DNA of 64,000 nt from positions 2,400,001 through 2,464,000 of the forward strand of contig OZ242195.1 of assembly GCA_965205975.1 (NCBI GenBank), read 5' to 3'. The notes beneath the pieces are model-generated. The model saw only the letters and a program-made list of their open reading frames with translations. It had not been told where the DNA came from and did no database searches. Below, piece by piece: positions 1-9,288 of the stretch. Source of the stretch: Candidatus Latescibacterota bacterium. Lineage in GTDB: Bacteria > Latescibacterota > UBA2968. Made by a program: the position numbers and the translations under genes. The first letter of the stretch is position 1. Each line of letters begins with the position of its first letter.

Positions 1-229
1 GCCTTATCCCAAGACCGTCAAAAGCGTCAAATATGGCGCGTGCGTCGTGTCTGGGCGTACCTTTAAAAAGAACATCTTCAGCAATGCGCGTAATGCCCAA
101 TCTGTCGTTGAGATCGTCTTTCGCGCCAAAAGTAAAACGGAACGCAACAACAACCGATTGTGCGTCGGGCATAGGTTCGACAACCACGCGAATGCCGTTG
201 TCGAAGGTATAAATTTGTGGCTCGGACAT
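1..229 (-). CDS. M16 (insulinase/pitrilysin) family peptidase subunit, N-terminal part (runs off window), degenerate HxxEH
   Basis: Manual translation from ATG at 229: MSEPQIYTFDNGIRVVVEPMPDAQSVVVAFRFTFGAKDDLNDRLGITRIAEDVLFKGT..., matching the M16 N-terminus (NG.RV...G.ah..eh.lFKGT). GAGG SD upstream. Confidence 0.8.
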   Translation of the reverse strand, partial: MSEPQIYTFDNGIRVVVEPMPDAQSVVVAFRFTFGAKDDLNDRLGITRIAEDVLFKGTPRHDARAIFDAFDGLGIR

Positions 230-362
230 TGTGGTCCTCACATAAAATTTTAGGGGCAGTACCTCTGTGACTGCCCAATTGGTTTTTCTCATATAATAAC
301 ATGAGTATATATTGTCAATAGATATTGTAACACTTATTCCCTTTCAGGAGGTCATCATCTTC

Positions 363-1337
363 ATGAACGTCAAAGTCAAAAATTTGCGTGCGTTATGCCA
401 GTCTATCCTCACCAACCGCGGACTCGACGCGGCTGACGCGCATATTGTGACAGATATTTTGATCGAAGCCGAATTGCGCGGACGCCCAACACATGGGATG
501 ATTCGCCTGCCCGGCATTGCCGAGCGCGTATCTCAAGGTACCCAATTGCCCATGGTCGTAGAAAAAGACGCGCCAGCTTATACCCTCATCAATGGCCGAG
601 ATAATCTGGGCTATCTGGTAGCACATCGGTGTGCGTGCGCCGCGATTGACAAAGCCAAACAGAGTGGCGTAGGCGTTGTGGGTACGCGCGACACGAGCCA
701 TAGTGGGATGCTGGGCTATTACGCCTCTATGATAGCCGATGCGGGCCTGATAGGACTGGTTATGTGCAACACAGGCCCGCGCATTGTCCCCTGGGGCGGA
801 CAGCAACCCGTGCTTGGAACAAATCCCATCGCTGCGGGATTTCCCACAGCAGAAGGCCAGGTACTGGTCGATTTTTCGTGTGCGGCGATTACCAATGGCG
901 AAATATTGATGGCACTCAAAGACGGCAAAGAGATTCCCGCAGGACGCGCATTGGGACCAGATGGCAAACCGACAACTGATCCCGAGCAAGCACGCGCAGG
1001 AGGAGCATTGCCCTTTGGCGAACACAAAGGATACGCTTTGAGCGTAATGATTCAAATCTTCTCTGGTGTATTGCTCAATGCGGCACCCGTACCTGAAATG
1101 GGAAAAAATTACGGGATTTTCATGCTGGCTCTTGATCCCTCAATTTTTTTGGGGATGGACATTTTTCAATCGGGCGTTAGCGAAGTCATCCACACCATTA
1201 AGAATTCAATGCCCGCAGAAGGCATAACCGAAATTTTGATCCCGGGTGAGCGCGCATTTAGGGAACGCTCGACGCGGATACAGTCGGGTGTGGATATCGA
1301 CGATGAATTAATGGAAGAACTCCAGCAATTAGCGTAG
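363..1337 (+). CDS. Ldh_2 family oxidoreductase (malate/L-lactate/ureidoglycolate/sulfolactate dehydrogenase type)
   Basis: Motifs AELRGRPTHG, SHSGMLGYYA, GTNPIA, PFGEHKGYAL, IPGER. Start moved to ATG 363 after the CAGGAGG SD. Confidence 0.9.
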   Translation: MNVKVKNLRALCQSILTNRGLDAADAHIVTDILIEAELRGRPTHGMIRLPGIAERVSQGTQLPMVVEKDAPAYTLINGRDNLGYLVAHRCACAAIDKAKQSGVGVVGTRDTSHSGMLGYYASMIADAGLIGLVMCNTGPRIVPWGGQQPVLGTNPIAAGFPTAEGQVLVDFSCAAITNGEILMALKDGKEIPAGRALGPDGKPTTDPEQARAGGALPFGEHKGYALSVMIQIFSGVLLNAAPVPEMGKNYGIFMLALDPSIFLGMDIFQSGVSEVIHTIKNSMPAEGITEILIPGERAFRERSTRIQSGVDIDDELMEELQQLA

Positions 1338-1354
1338 AGAGCACCTCTTTACCC

Positions 1355-1383
1355 TTGACAGCCCGAATGGGGTTGGCTACCTT
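1355..1383 (+). promoter_or_regulatory. sigma70-type promoter for the riboswitch-dapA transcript
   Basis: TTGACA (1355-1360), 17 bp, TACCTT (1378-1383), about 10 nt before the aptamer. Confidence 0.7.
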
Positions 1384-1392
1384 TCCGTTCCG

Positions 1393-1579
1393 CAAGGGTA
1401 GAGGCGCGAGCCATCATCAGTATGCGGTGCAGGAGGCGAAACGGAGTACTGCTCCACTGTACCGACAAAAAGGGATCGTTCGCCGAAGTCCTGACCTGTT
1501 TCGCCACAGGAAAGGGCTGGTTCAGTGGATAATATCTGCTGAACTGTCACGGGAAAAGTTTCCGTGGAGAGCTCTCTTG
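1393..1579 (+). ncRNA. Lysine riboswitch (L-box) aptamer
   Basis: Conserved elements in order: AGAGGCGCG, AGTA, AAAGG, CGCCGAAG, CTGG, ACTGTCA, TGGAGAGCT. P1 formed by CAAGGGTAG and GCTCTCTTG. Lies upstream of dapA. Confidence 0.9.
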
Positions 1580-1603
1580 TTCGCGAGATTTTCTGCTGCG
1601 TTC

Positions 1604-1642
1604 AGCGTCTGGCGATGCCCTTGAGAAGCCAGCGCTTTTTTT
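1604..1642 (+). terminator. Intrinsic terminator of the riboswitch expression platform
   Basis: AGCGTCTGGC...GCCAGCGCT stem followed by a T run, 30 nt before the dapA ATG. Confidence 0.7.
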
Positions 1643-1671
1643 ATAGCAGAATGCAGAAACTGGAGGTTTTT

Positions 1672-2700
1672 ATGTTAAAAGGATGTCATACGGCGTTAAT
1701 CACCCCCCTGACAGCCAACCATGCCCTGGACCAGGATGGTCTGGAAAAACTGGTAGCATTTCAAATTTCTGAAGGGATTGATGGCCTTTTGGCCTGCGGC
1801 ACGACGGCTGAAAGTCCAACTCTGAGCAATGATGAACAAAGCTTGATCACGCGCGTAGTGTGCAGCCAGGCCAGAGAACAGTGCCGCGCCATTGGAGGAG
1901 CGGGCAGCAACTCTACGGCAAAAACCTTAAAAGCAGCCGAATACGCCGCGCAAGTAGGCGCAGACGCCATCCTGCTCGTCGATCCCTATTACAACGGACC
2001 GAGTTCTCTGGAAATTCGCAAAGAATACGTCGAACCCGTTGCCCGTGCATTTCCCGAATTGGACATGATCCCCTATGTCATACCTGGTCGGTCCGGCACG
2101 AAATTGCTCCCCGAAGACCTCGGCATCTTGTTTTCCGAATACAAGAATGTGAACACTGTGAAAGAGGCTACAGGCGATCTGAACAACATGGCGCGCACCC
2201 GCGAATGTTGTGGCGATGCGTTTTCGATCATGTCCGGAGATGACGACAAAACATTTGACATGATGACCAGTAACCATATTGACGCCGCGGGTGTAATCAG
2301 TGTAATATCTAATGTGGCACCCGGTCCTGTAACAAAAATGGTACACGCCATTCAAAGCGGGAATATGGCCGAAGCAAATCGCCTGCACGCCGCACTAAAA
2401 CCCTTATTTGGTATGGTCGGCGTTGTATCCGAAGAGCAAACACCTCATGGCGTGACAGAAGTCAAGGCGCGCAATCCATTACCGGTAAAAACCCTGATGA
2501 ATATTTTGGGCATGCCAGCCGGGCCGTGTCGCCAGCCATTGGGAAAAATGAACCGCGCTGGACTGGATATCGTGCTGGGCATTGCCCGCGAATTACAGGC
2601 CAATAACCCAGAGGTGTTCGCACCTATAGCATCATTCTTTGATACAGACGTAGCGCAACGCTTGAACGATGATTCGGTACTGGAAGGACTGGCGTATTGA
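1672..2700 (+). CDS. dapA: 4-hydroxy-tetrahydrodipicolinate synthase
   Basis: TALITP, GTTAESPTL, GAGSNST, PYYN, KEATG, SGDD, NPLPVK. GGAGG SD before ATG 1672. Confidence 0.95.
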   Translation: MLKGCHTALITPLTANHALDQDGLEKLVAFQISEGIDGLLACGTTAESPTLSNDEQSLITRVVCSQAREQCRAIGGAGSNSTAKTLKAAEYAAQVGADAILLVDPYYNGPSSLEIRKEYVEPVARAFPELDMIPYVIPGRSGTKLLPEDLGILFSEYKNVNTVKEATGDLNNMARTRECCGDAFSIMSGDDDKTFDMMTSNHIDAAGVISVISNVAPGPVTKMVHAIQSGNMAEANRLHAALKPLFGMVGVVSEEQTPHGVTEVKARNPLPVKTLMNILGMPAGPCRQPLGKMNRAGLDIVLGIARELQANNPEVFAPIASFFDTDVAQRLNDDSVLEGLAY

Positions 2701-2721
2701 TAGCTTTTTTCTGGAGCAATT

Positions 2722-3528
2722 ATGATTAAAGTGGGTATTTGTGGTATTGCCGGACGGATGGGACAGCGAATTTCTCATCTGACCCTCGAAGCCGAAGGAT
2801 TGGATTTGGGCGGTGGAGTCGAGTTTCCAGGTCATCCCGTAATTGGAAAAGACATTGGCGAAGTCATAGGCGTTCCTCCCAAAGGTATATCAGTAATGGA
2901 TACTGTCGAGGCGATGGCGGACAATGTCGATGTAATCACGGCATTCACCGCGCCCCCCGATCCAACAGTTGTTGCAGCAGAAATAGCGGGGCGCGCTGGC
3001 GTGCCGATGGTCATTGGCACAACGGGTTTGTCGCCCGATCAGGTAGAGACCATGACACATGCCCTGAAAGACGTGGCCTGTGTATTCGCACCCAATTTTA
3101 GCGTAGGTGTAACAGTATTAGTCCAACTCGTCGAAGAAGCCGCGCGCATTCTGGGCGGTGATTACGATGCAGAAATCGTCGAAGCGCACCACCGATTTAA
3201 AACCGATGCGCCATCGGGAACGGCTTATGCACTGGCCGAAGCCGCAGCAAGGGGATTGAATCTCAACTTGCAAGAAGTAGGCGTATATGGGCGCTATGGC
3301 GATACGGGCGCGCGAACACGCGAAGAAATCGGCGTACACGCCATTCGCGCTGGCGATATCGTCGGCGAACACACGGTCATGTTCGGGGGCATTGGAGAAA
3401 CCGTCGAACTCGTCCATCGCGCTCAAAGTCGCGATACATTCGCCTCTGGCGTGATTCGGGCCATCCCCTTTGCTTTTGAAGCCACCCCGGGGATGTATGA
3501 CATGCGCGATGTATTGGGGTTGAGATGA
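2722..3528 (+). CDS. dapB: 4-hydroxy-tetrahydrodipicolinate reductase
   Basis: GIAGRMG, IGTTG, APNFSVG, EAHHRFKTDAPSGTA, RAGDIVGEH. Confidence 0.97.
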   Translation: MIKVGICGIAGRMGQRISHLTLEAEGLDLGGGVEFPGHPVIGKDIGEVIGVPPKGISVMDTVEAMADNVDVITAFTAPPDPTVVAAEIAGRAGVPMVIGTTGLSPDQVETMTHALKDVACVFAPNFSVGVTVLVQLVEEAARILGGDYDAEIVEAHHRFKTDAPSGTAYALAEAAARGLNLNLQEVGVYGRYGDTGARTREEIGVHAIRAGDIVGEHTVMFGGIGETVELVHRAQSRDTFASGVIRAIPFAFEATPGMYDMRDVLGLR

Positions 3529-3578
3529 GAAGGTAAGACGTAAAACTAAGATGTAAAACGCAAAAGAGGAGGAAATTC

Positions 3579-5486
3579 ATGAGTGTTGATGTGCATGCGG
3601 CATTTGATGCCGGACAAACCCTTGCTGTGGCAGACCAGATTTTAATTTCACCGCAAGCGGGTTCTTTGCAGAGCCGCGTAGATGAACTCTTAGATGCAAT
3701 TGAGAATAGCGGGGCCTCTGGCGATTTAATTTGCAAGACATTGATTCAGTTGGGCATGAACTTTGTCGGACGCGATGCCGAGATTGTTGGATATGGTGTT
3801 GGGGAAATAGATGTAGCACTCGACAGCGTGTTGAACGCGCTCGATAATTTGGAAGGCGATCACGCCACAGGTGTTGTGGAAGGCTTTTTGGCCGACATGA
3901 AATCCGTAAATCTATCCGATAGTCTTTCGGGATTATTAGCCGAGCGCATTGAGTCAAACCTGGACATGGGCAATCCCGCCCGGTCATTTCTGGAATTGCT
4001 CAAAACCAATATGCGCGGCGGTGTGTATTGGCAGATGATCGGTGAAAATGTCTGTAAATTTGGCAATGACTTTGCGCGCGGTCTGGAGTACTTGCGACAC
4101 TACGGCTTTTGTCAGGTCTCCACAAATCCGGTATTGGCTGCCAAAGCATTTGACGAAGACCCCTCGCTGGACGATGAACTCAAAGCCGAAATCGCCAGGC
4201 ACGACGAATGGAAAGCCGATCCCGAAAAATATGCCGATGACATTGTAATGGCTGCCACACTGATTGCGCTGTGGCCCAATCTTTCAATCTTTCGGCCCCT
4301 GGCGATGCATACGGGACTGAAAGACTACATGGTGAGCTTTCAGCTCAATCCCAATATCGCAGATCAGGCCGATGCCAGCATTGAAGATGCGCACAACGCA
4401 TATCGCATTGCCGATGACTATTTGAAAGGATATGACAAATTATTGGGCGTCAGCGATATAACCCTGGATCCCAATATCGTATTCAAGGTCGGCGGCGGAC
4501 ACGAAGCAGCGCGAAAAATCACCACCGTGCTCAACAGTGAAGGCATTGGTACAAATAATACGGTCGTTTACACAGTGGCACAGGAAGTGCAACTCGTCAT
4601 CGATGCCTTTGAAGGCAAAGCCAGAGCGGCACAGGCGGGCAAGCAAGTGGTGAGAACTTATGAAACGAATATGGGGGGACGGTTTGTAAGCCATTTGCGC
4701 GAGGTAGAAGCCGAAAAGCTATTCGAAGCATTATCAGAAGATCGCGCCAGTGAATTGCTCGCCGAACTCGCTTCTGATCTGGAAGTCGATATACCCGAAG
4801 GGACATTGGCCGAACAAGCGACTGAAATATGTTCTTATGCCTACCTGAAGTCTCTGGATCATCCCATAATCTTAAAAGTTGCCGAAGCGGCCGGTCAATC
4901 TTCAGAAGCAATTGTGCAACTTGAAGCCGATTTAAAAAAAGCGGGGACGGTCGTTGCGCGACGCGTACATTGGATTTTCTACGCGCCTGAAAATCGACCC
5001 AAATGGGTTGCCTACTTGTCAGACACCTACGGTTTGTCAGAAGATCAGGCACAGTGGATTTTGGCGTCAATGGATGTGCTGCCAGCGTCCAAACGCGTTC
5101 CCGATGACACGCTTCACGCACTGGGCGAAAACATGTGCCATACAGAATTTCCCAACCATCAACGCGCCGTTCAACTCGTGTCAGAAGAACCCAATTTTGA
5201 CCTGGACGAACTCAGGGGATCAATCGGTCATGAATACGAACCCGGCGTGACACAGCGACTTTACGAATTACCCGATTTCCAGAAGGGCTACGATCTGACG
5301 CCCTCTCTAAAGGATTTTATCGAGAACGAGGTTCAAATTGATCTGAGTGGCTGGCAAACGCGGGGCATGGAACCCGGCGACTGGCCTGAATTTGGATCGG
5401 TTCAAAAAACCACCACTGAGTTTAAAGTCGCGTATGACACATTTTTGATGCGTTGCGTTGAACTGGCCAAAGAAGTTGCTGGATAA
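3579..5486 (+). CDS. Transaldolase-family protein, long form with N-terminal extension
   Basis: STNPVLAAKA, VSFQLNP, NIVFKV (Schiff-base Lys), GIGTNNTVVYTVAQ, GGRF. 635 aa; GAGGAGG SD. Confidence 0.75.
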   Translation: MSVDVHAAFDAGQTLAVADQILISPQAGSLQSRVDELLDAIENSGASGDLICKTLIQLGMNFVGRDAEIVGYGVGEIDVALDSVLNALDNLEGDHATGVVEGFLADMKSVNLSDSLSGLLAERIESNLDMGNPARSFLELLKTNMRGGVYWQMIGENVCKFGNDFARGLEYLRHYGFCQVSTNPVLAAKAFDEDPSLDDELKAEIARHDEWKADPEKYADDIVMAATLIALWPNLSIFRPLAMHTGLKDYMVSFQLNPNIADQADASIEDAHNAYRIADDYLKGYDKLLGVSDITLDPNIVFKVGGGHEAARKITTVLNSEGIGTNNTVVYTVAQEVQLVIDAFEGKARAAQAGKQVVRTYETNMGGRFVSHLREVEAEKLFEALSEDRASELLAELASDLEVDIPEGTLAEQATEICSYAYLKSLDHPIILKVAEAAGQSSEAIVQLEADLKKAGTVVARRVHWIFYAPENRPKWVAYLSDTYGLSEDQAQWILASMDVLPASKRVPDDTLHALGENMCHTEFPNHQRAVQLVSEEPNFDLDELRGSIGHEYEPGVTQRLYELPDFQKGYDLTPSLKDFIENEVQIDLSGWQTRGMEPGDWPEFGSVQKTTTEFKVAYDTFLMRCVELAKEVAG

Positions 5487-5543
5487 GCGGTTTACAATGC
5501 AGATATCAGCGGGGATGGATGAGGCTGTTACCCAGAACTCGTA

Positions 5544-6113
5544 TCACTTATCCCCGCTTTTCATCTGCGCGTCTAAAATAGTACTTCCCTCCCGATTCTC
5601 TCTCATGCGTGCAAAATACGATTCTTCGTGTCCTTCTGCCGAGAGCACCATCACATCCCACATTTTTTCGCCGCTCTCATCCCCCTGTTGCTCCAATCGC
5701 CACATCATCACATATTCTGTTCCCGGGTCGCGTTGCCAGGGCACCAGAGGATCTACATCAACCAACTTTCGAGGTTCTGCCCCACTAAAATCCACACCTG
5801 TGGAAGTATGCACGGTAAACTTGATCTGCCCATTGCGCATATCGTAAACCACCTGCCCTTTTTCCACAAAATTTCTCTGGATATGGGGCTCCTGCACCGT
5901 CAGTGAATACGTACTATCGCTAAGTACGAGAATTGTAATTTCTCGCTCCAGATCATCTTCTCCACGTATCCCGGTCTCACTCCCTGCATACATAAACCAG
6001 GCGCCCATTGGCGTGTCCAATTTTTGTCGTGTCGCAATCTGCTCTTTCTCTTTTTCCTCCCCAGCGCATCCCGCGATCAGACACAATAATACCACACCCA
6101 ATACCTGTTTCAT
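5544..6113 (-). CDS. Hypothetical lipoprotein
   Basis: Signal peptide with lipobox LIAG-C; GGAGG SD; downstream of dnaJ on the same strand. Confidence 0.7.
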   Translation of the reverse strand: MKQVLGVVLLCLIAGCAGEEKEKEQIATRQKLDTPMGAWFMYAGSETGIRGEDDLEREITILVLSDSTYSLTVQEPHIQRNFVEKGQVVYDMRNGQIKFTVHTSTGVDFSGAEPRKLVDVDPLVPWQRDPGTEYVMMWRLEQQGDESGEKMWDVMVLSAEGHEESYFARMRENREGSTILDAQMKSGDK

Positions 6114-6182
6114 GAACCCTCCATATATAAAAACGGTCCAAAAAGAATTTGGACCGCTCGCCTGTTTTCCGTGTGATGTACA

Positions 6183-7346
6183 CTATCCTCCAAATGCTTC
6201 TTTGAAGCGCTCAAAAAAGCCTTTCCCGCCCTCTGGCGGCTGTATGTTTTCCAATTTGGCCAACTTGGCAAACAACTCCTCTTCTTCCCGGCTCAATTTT
6301 GCCGGCGTCCAGACCGCCACGCGCACGAGTTGATCGCCCGTGCGATATCCATCCAATTCGGGAATGCCCTTGCCGCGCAATCTAAAAATCCGCCCCGACT
6401 GTGTTCCCGCAGGGATCTTCATACTCACGCGACCAGTCAGGGTTGGCACTTCTATATCTGCGCCCAGAGCTGCCTGGCTAAAACTGATGGGCAAATCGTA
6501 CACAATATCGTTACCGTGTCTTTCAAAATATTCGTGTTCTTCTTCTTCCACAAAGACCATACAATCGCCCGCAGGCCCGCCATTTGGCCCGGCATTCCCC
6601 TGCCCCCGCAGCGGAATATAATTGCCTTCGGAAATACCCGCTGGGATATTGACCGAAAGGTCCTTCTGCTTCTTCACTCGTCCTTGTCCGTGGCAACTGT
6701 CACATTGCTCGCGCACCACGTTACCATTGCCATTGCACTGCGGGCAAGTTGTGACATTGACAAACTGCCCAAACAAGGAGCGCGTCGCCTGCCGAATCTG
6801 TCCCACGCCACCACACATATCGCAGGTTACGGGCGCACTTCCCGGCTTTGCCCCAGCACCTCCGCACGTATCACAGGTTTCCAAACGCGATAGCCGAATG
6901 GTTTTTTGAGCACCCTCGGCAATCTCCTCTAAGGTCAAACTGATCGAAATCCTCAAATCCTCACCGCGATTTGACCGCCGTGGGCTGCGCCGACCAAACA
7001 AATCGCCAAAAATGCCCCCACCAACCCCACCAAAGATCTCGTCCAGATTGGAAAAAATATCTTGAAAATCACCGGCATGCGAAAAATCTGACCACTGAAA
7101 GCCACCGCCCCGAAAGGTACTGCTGACGCCTTCGTGCCCAAAACGGTCATACGCCTGTCGTTTTTGTGCATCCATCAGCACTTCATAAGCTTCGGCACCT
7201 TCTTTGAACATTTCCTCTGCTTGTGGATTGTCCTTATTGCGATCCGGGTGATACTTCAGCGCGTGCTTGCGATAAGCTTTCTTAATCTCATCTTCCGAAG
7301 CTCCGCGATCTACCCCCAATATCTCGTAATAATCTCTTTTGGCCAT
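6183..7346 (-). CDS. dnaJ: Chaperone DnaJ
   Basis: J domain with HPD, G/F-rich region, four CxxCxGxG repeats. Confidence 0.98.
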   Translation of the reverse strand: MAKRDYYEILGVDRGASEDEIKKAYRKHALKYHPDRNKDNPQAEEMFKEGAEAYEVLMDAQKRQAYDRFGHEGVSSTFRGGGFQWSDFSHAGDFQDIFSNLDEIFGGVGGGIFGDLFGRRSPRRSNRGEDLRISISLTLEEIAEGAQKTIRLSRLETCDTCGGAGAKPGSAPVTCDMCGGVGQIRQATRSLFGQFVNVTTCPQCNGNGNVVREQCDSCHGQGRVKKQKDLSVNIPAGISEGNYIPLRGQGNAGPNGGPAGDCMVFVEEEEHEYFERHGNDIVYDLPISFSQAALGADIEVPTLTGRVSMKIPAGTQSGRIFRLRGKGIPELDGYRTGDQLVRVAVWTPAKLSREEEELFAKLAKLENIQPPEGGKGFFERFKEAFGG

Positions 7347-7367
7347 TGACCTTTCCCATCAACATGC

Positions 7368-7393
7368 AAAAAGAGCCGCGCTGTTGCGACCCT
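7368..7393 (-). terminator. Terminator-like hairpin between grpE and dnaJ
   Basis: Minus strand AGGGTCGC-AACAGC-GCGGCTCT followed by TTTT. Confidence 0.45.
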
Positions 7394-7408
7394 GTTTATT
7401 TTTTCAAT

Positions 7409-8074
7409 CTAACTTTTATCTGCCTCCGCGTCCTCTTCCTGGACCTCCGGTGCAGGCTTGCCCTGGCTTACCACCACTTTCGCCGGTCGCAGCACCTTAT
7501 CGCCCAGGCTATATCCTTTTTCAATCTCATCTGAGACGATACCGACATCGTAGATTTCAGATGGCATTTGCATCAATGCCTCATGCACATTCGGATCAAA
7601 TGTTTTGCCAACCGTCTCAATTTCTTTCAGATTGCGATTGTAGAGCACGCGCGGAAATTGTTCCATAATCATTTTTATGCCTTCTTGAAATCCCTCCGAC
7701 TCTGTATCCCCATTTTCGCTGTGTGCCAATGCGCGACCAACACCGTCTAAAATGGGCAATAAATCGCGAATCACATCTTCGCTGGCAGATTCTACAAGAA
7801 TCTCAAATTCTCGTGCCCTGCGTTTTTTGTAATTCTCAAACTCAGCGGCAAGACGCATCCACCGCTCTTTGTACATTTCGGCTTCTTCGCGTGCCAAAAA
7901 TAAGGGAGTAGCCTCTATCTTCTCCTTTGGCTCCTCCGATTGATCGGCTTCACCATTAACTTCATCTTTCGCTACCTCTACATCCTCCACCGCCTCATTT
8001 TCCATCACATCTTCAGCTTCCACGACTTCTTCTTCCAGTGATATTTCTTGTTTTTTTTCTTTTTTCTGCGCCAT
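7409..8074 (-). CDS. grpE: Nucleotide exchange factor GrpE
   Basis: RLAAEFENYKKR, LLPILD, FDPNVHEA, GYSLGDKVLRPAKVVV. Confidence 0.97.
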   Translation of the reverse strand: MAQKKEKKQEISLEEEVVEAEDVMENEAVEDVEVAKDEVNGEADQSEEPKEKIEATPLFLAREEAEMYKERWMRLAAEFENYKKRRAREFEILVESASEDVIRDLLPILDGVGRALAHSENGDTESEGFQEGIKMIMEQFPRVLYNRNLKEIETVGKTFDPNVHEALMQMPSEIYDVGIVSDEIEKGYSLGDKVLRPAKVVVSQGKPAPEVQEEDAEADKS

Positions 8075-8092
8075 GATTTTTCAACAACTCCT

Positions 8093-9118
8093 TTATCTGC
8101 GATCCAGCATCTCTTCTGTCAGATTTGCCATATACTGCACCAGGGGAACGAGCCGCCCATAGGGCAATCGCGTTGGCCCAATAATCCCGATAACACCCGA
8201 CACATTGCCCACCGAATACGTAGAAGTCAGCAAACTGCAATCCTTGAGCGCGGGAGATTCGTGTTCGTCGCCAATCGTGATGGAAATACCCGCATCGCGC
8301 GCGCGGTCACTCAACAAATGCGCCACATATTCACGAGCCTCCAGCATGCTAATCAGACCGGCAAGGCGTTCACTGGAAAAATCGGGCTGCCCAAAAAAGT
8401 TGCGCGTGCCATCCATATGCAGATCTGCACTGCTCGGAAATCTGAATAGATGATCGGCACTATTGGCAAGCAAATGCAACAGCTTGGGAGACCCGGACGA
8501 TGCAGACGCAAGCCGTTCTTTGACAGATGCCATAATCTCGCCTATCGTAAGCCCGGAAAGCCGCTGGTTGACCACCCGCCGCGTTTCTTCCAACTCGTCC
8601 TCTTCAATTTCTGAGTCGATTTCGACAACCATCGTCTTGACCAATCCAGACCGAATAGTCATCACCATCAGCAGCTTGGATTCGCTCAACTTGAGCATTT
8701 CTAAACGCTCAAAAATACCCTGGGTGAATTGGGGACCAAGGGCAATGCCCAGATTGTGCGATACATCGGCCAAAACTTTGGACACTTGCACCAATAAATC
8801 ATCGGCGTTGCCTTCTCGCAAACGCTCAACACTATCCCGAATAGACCGCTGTGCAGCCTCGGCGAGTTCCTCCCGATTCATCAGCATATCGACATAGTAC
8901 CGATATCCCTTATCGCTCGGCACCCTACCCGCCGAAGTATGGGGCTGGTACAAATAGCCTTTTTCTTCGAGATCGGCCATCGAGTTTCGAATAGTCGCCG
9001 CGCTGAGTCCCAAATCCATCTTGGAAATTGTGCGCGACCCCACTGGCTCGCCTGTGGTGACATAAGTGCCAATTAAAATGTCGAGAATTGCCTTTTCCCG
9101 AAGTGTTAGTTCGGTCAT
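8093..9118 (-). CDS. hrcA: Heat-inducible transcription repressor HrcA
   Basis: EPVGSRTI, SAATIRNSMADLE, QPHTSAGRVPSDKGYRYYVD, GIIGPTRL. Confidence 0.97.
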   Translation of the reverse strand: MTELTLREKAILDILIGTYVTTGEPVGSRTISKMDLGLSAATIRNSMADLEEKGYLYQPHTSAGRVPSDKGYRYYVDMLMNREELAEAAQRSIRDSVERLREGNADDLLVQVSKVLADVSHNLGIALGPQFTQGIFERLEMLKLSESKLLMVMTIRSGLVKTMVVEIDSEIEEDELEETRRVVNQRLSGLTIGEIMASVKERLASASSGSPKLLHLLANSADHLFRFPSSADLHMDGTRNFFGQPDFSSERLAGLISMLEAREYVAHLLSDRARDAGISITIGDEHESPALKDCSLLTSTYSVGNVSGVIGIIGPTRLPYGRLVPLVQYMANLTEEMLDRR

Positions 9119-9226
9119 AGCATGTCCCTTTCCGTTTAGATGAAAGGGGAAGAAAACGACCTATCCACGTTGATACAGCTTAGTCTATGATATATATAGG
9201 AAGAGCCAGCGATTGTCAAGCCCCAT

Positions 9227-9266
9227 CAAAAAACGGGCTGGCCGACTTATCTGACCAACCCGTTTT
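9227..9266 (-). terminator. Intrinsic terminator after the secreted CXXCH protein gene
   Basis: Minus strand AAAACGGGTTGGTC...GGCCAGCCCGTTTTTT. Confidence 0.7.
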
Positions 9267-9288
9267 CGATCTCAGACCTGCTTATTTT

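Noticed and set aside
1355..1624. 89-aa ORF and the N-terminal extension of dapA from 1564
   Set aside because: Both overlap the promoter, riboswitch or terminator; the real SD precedes ATG 1672.
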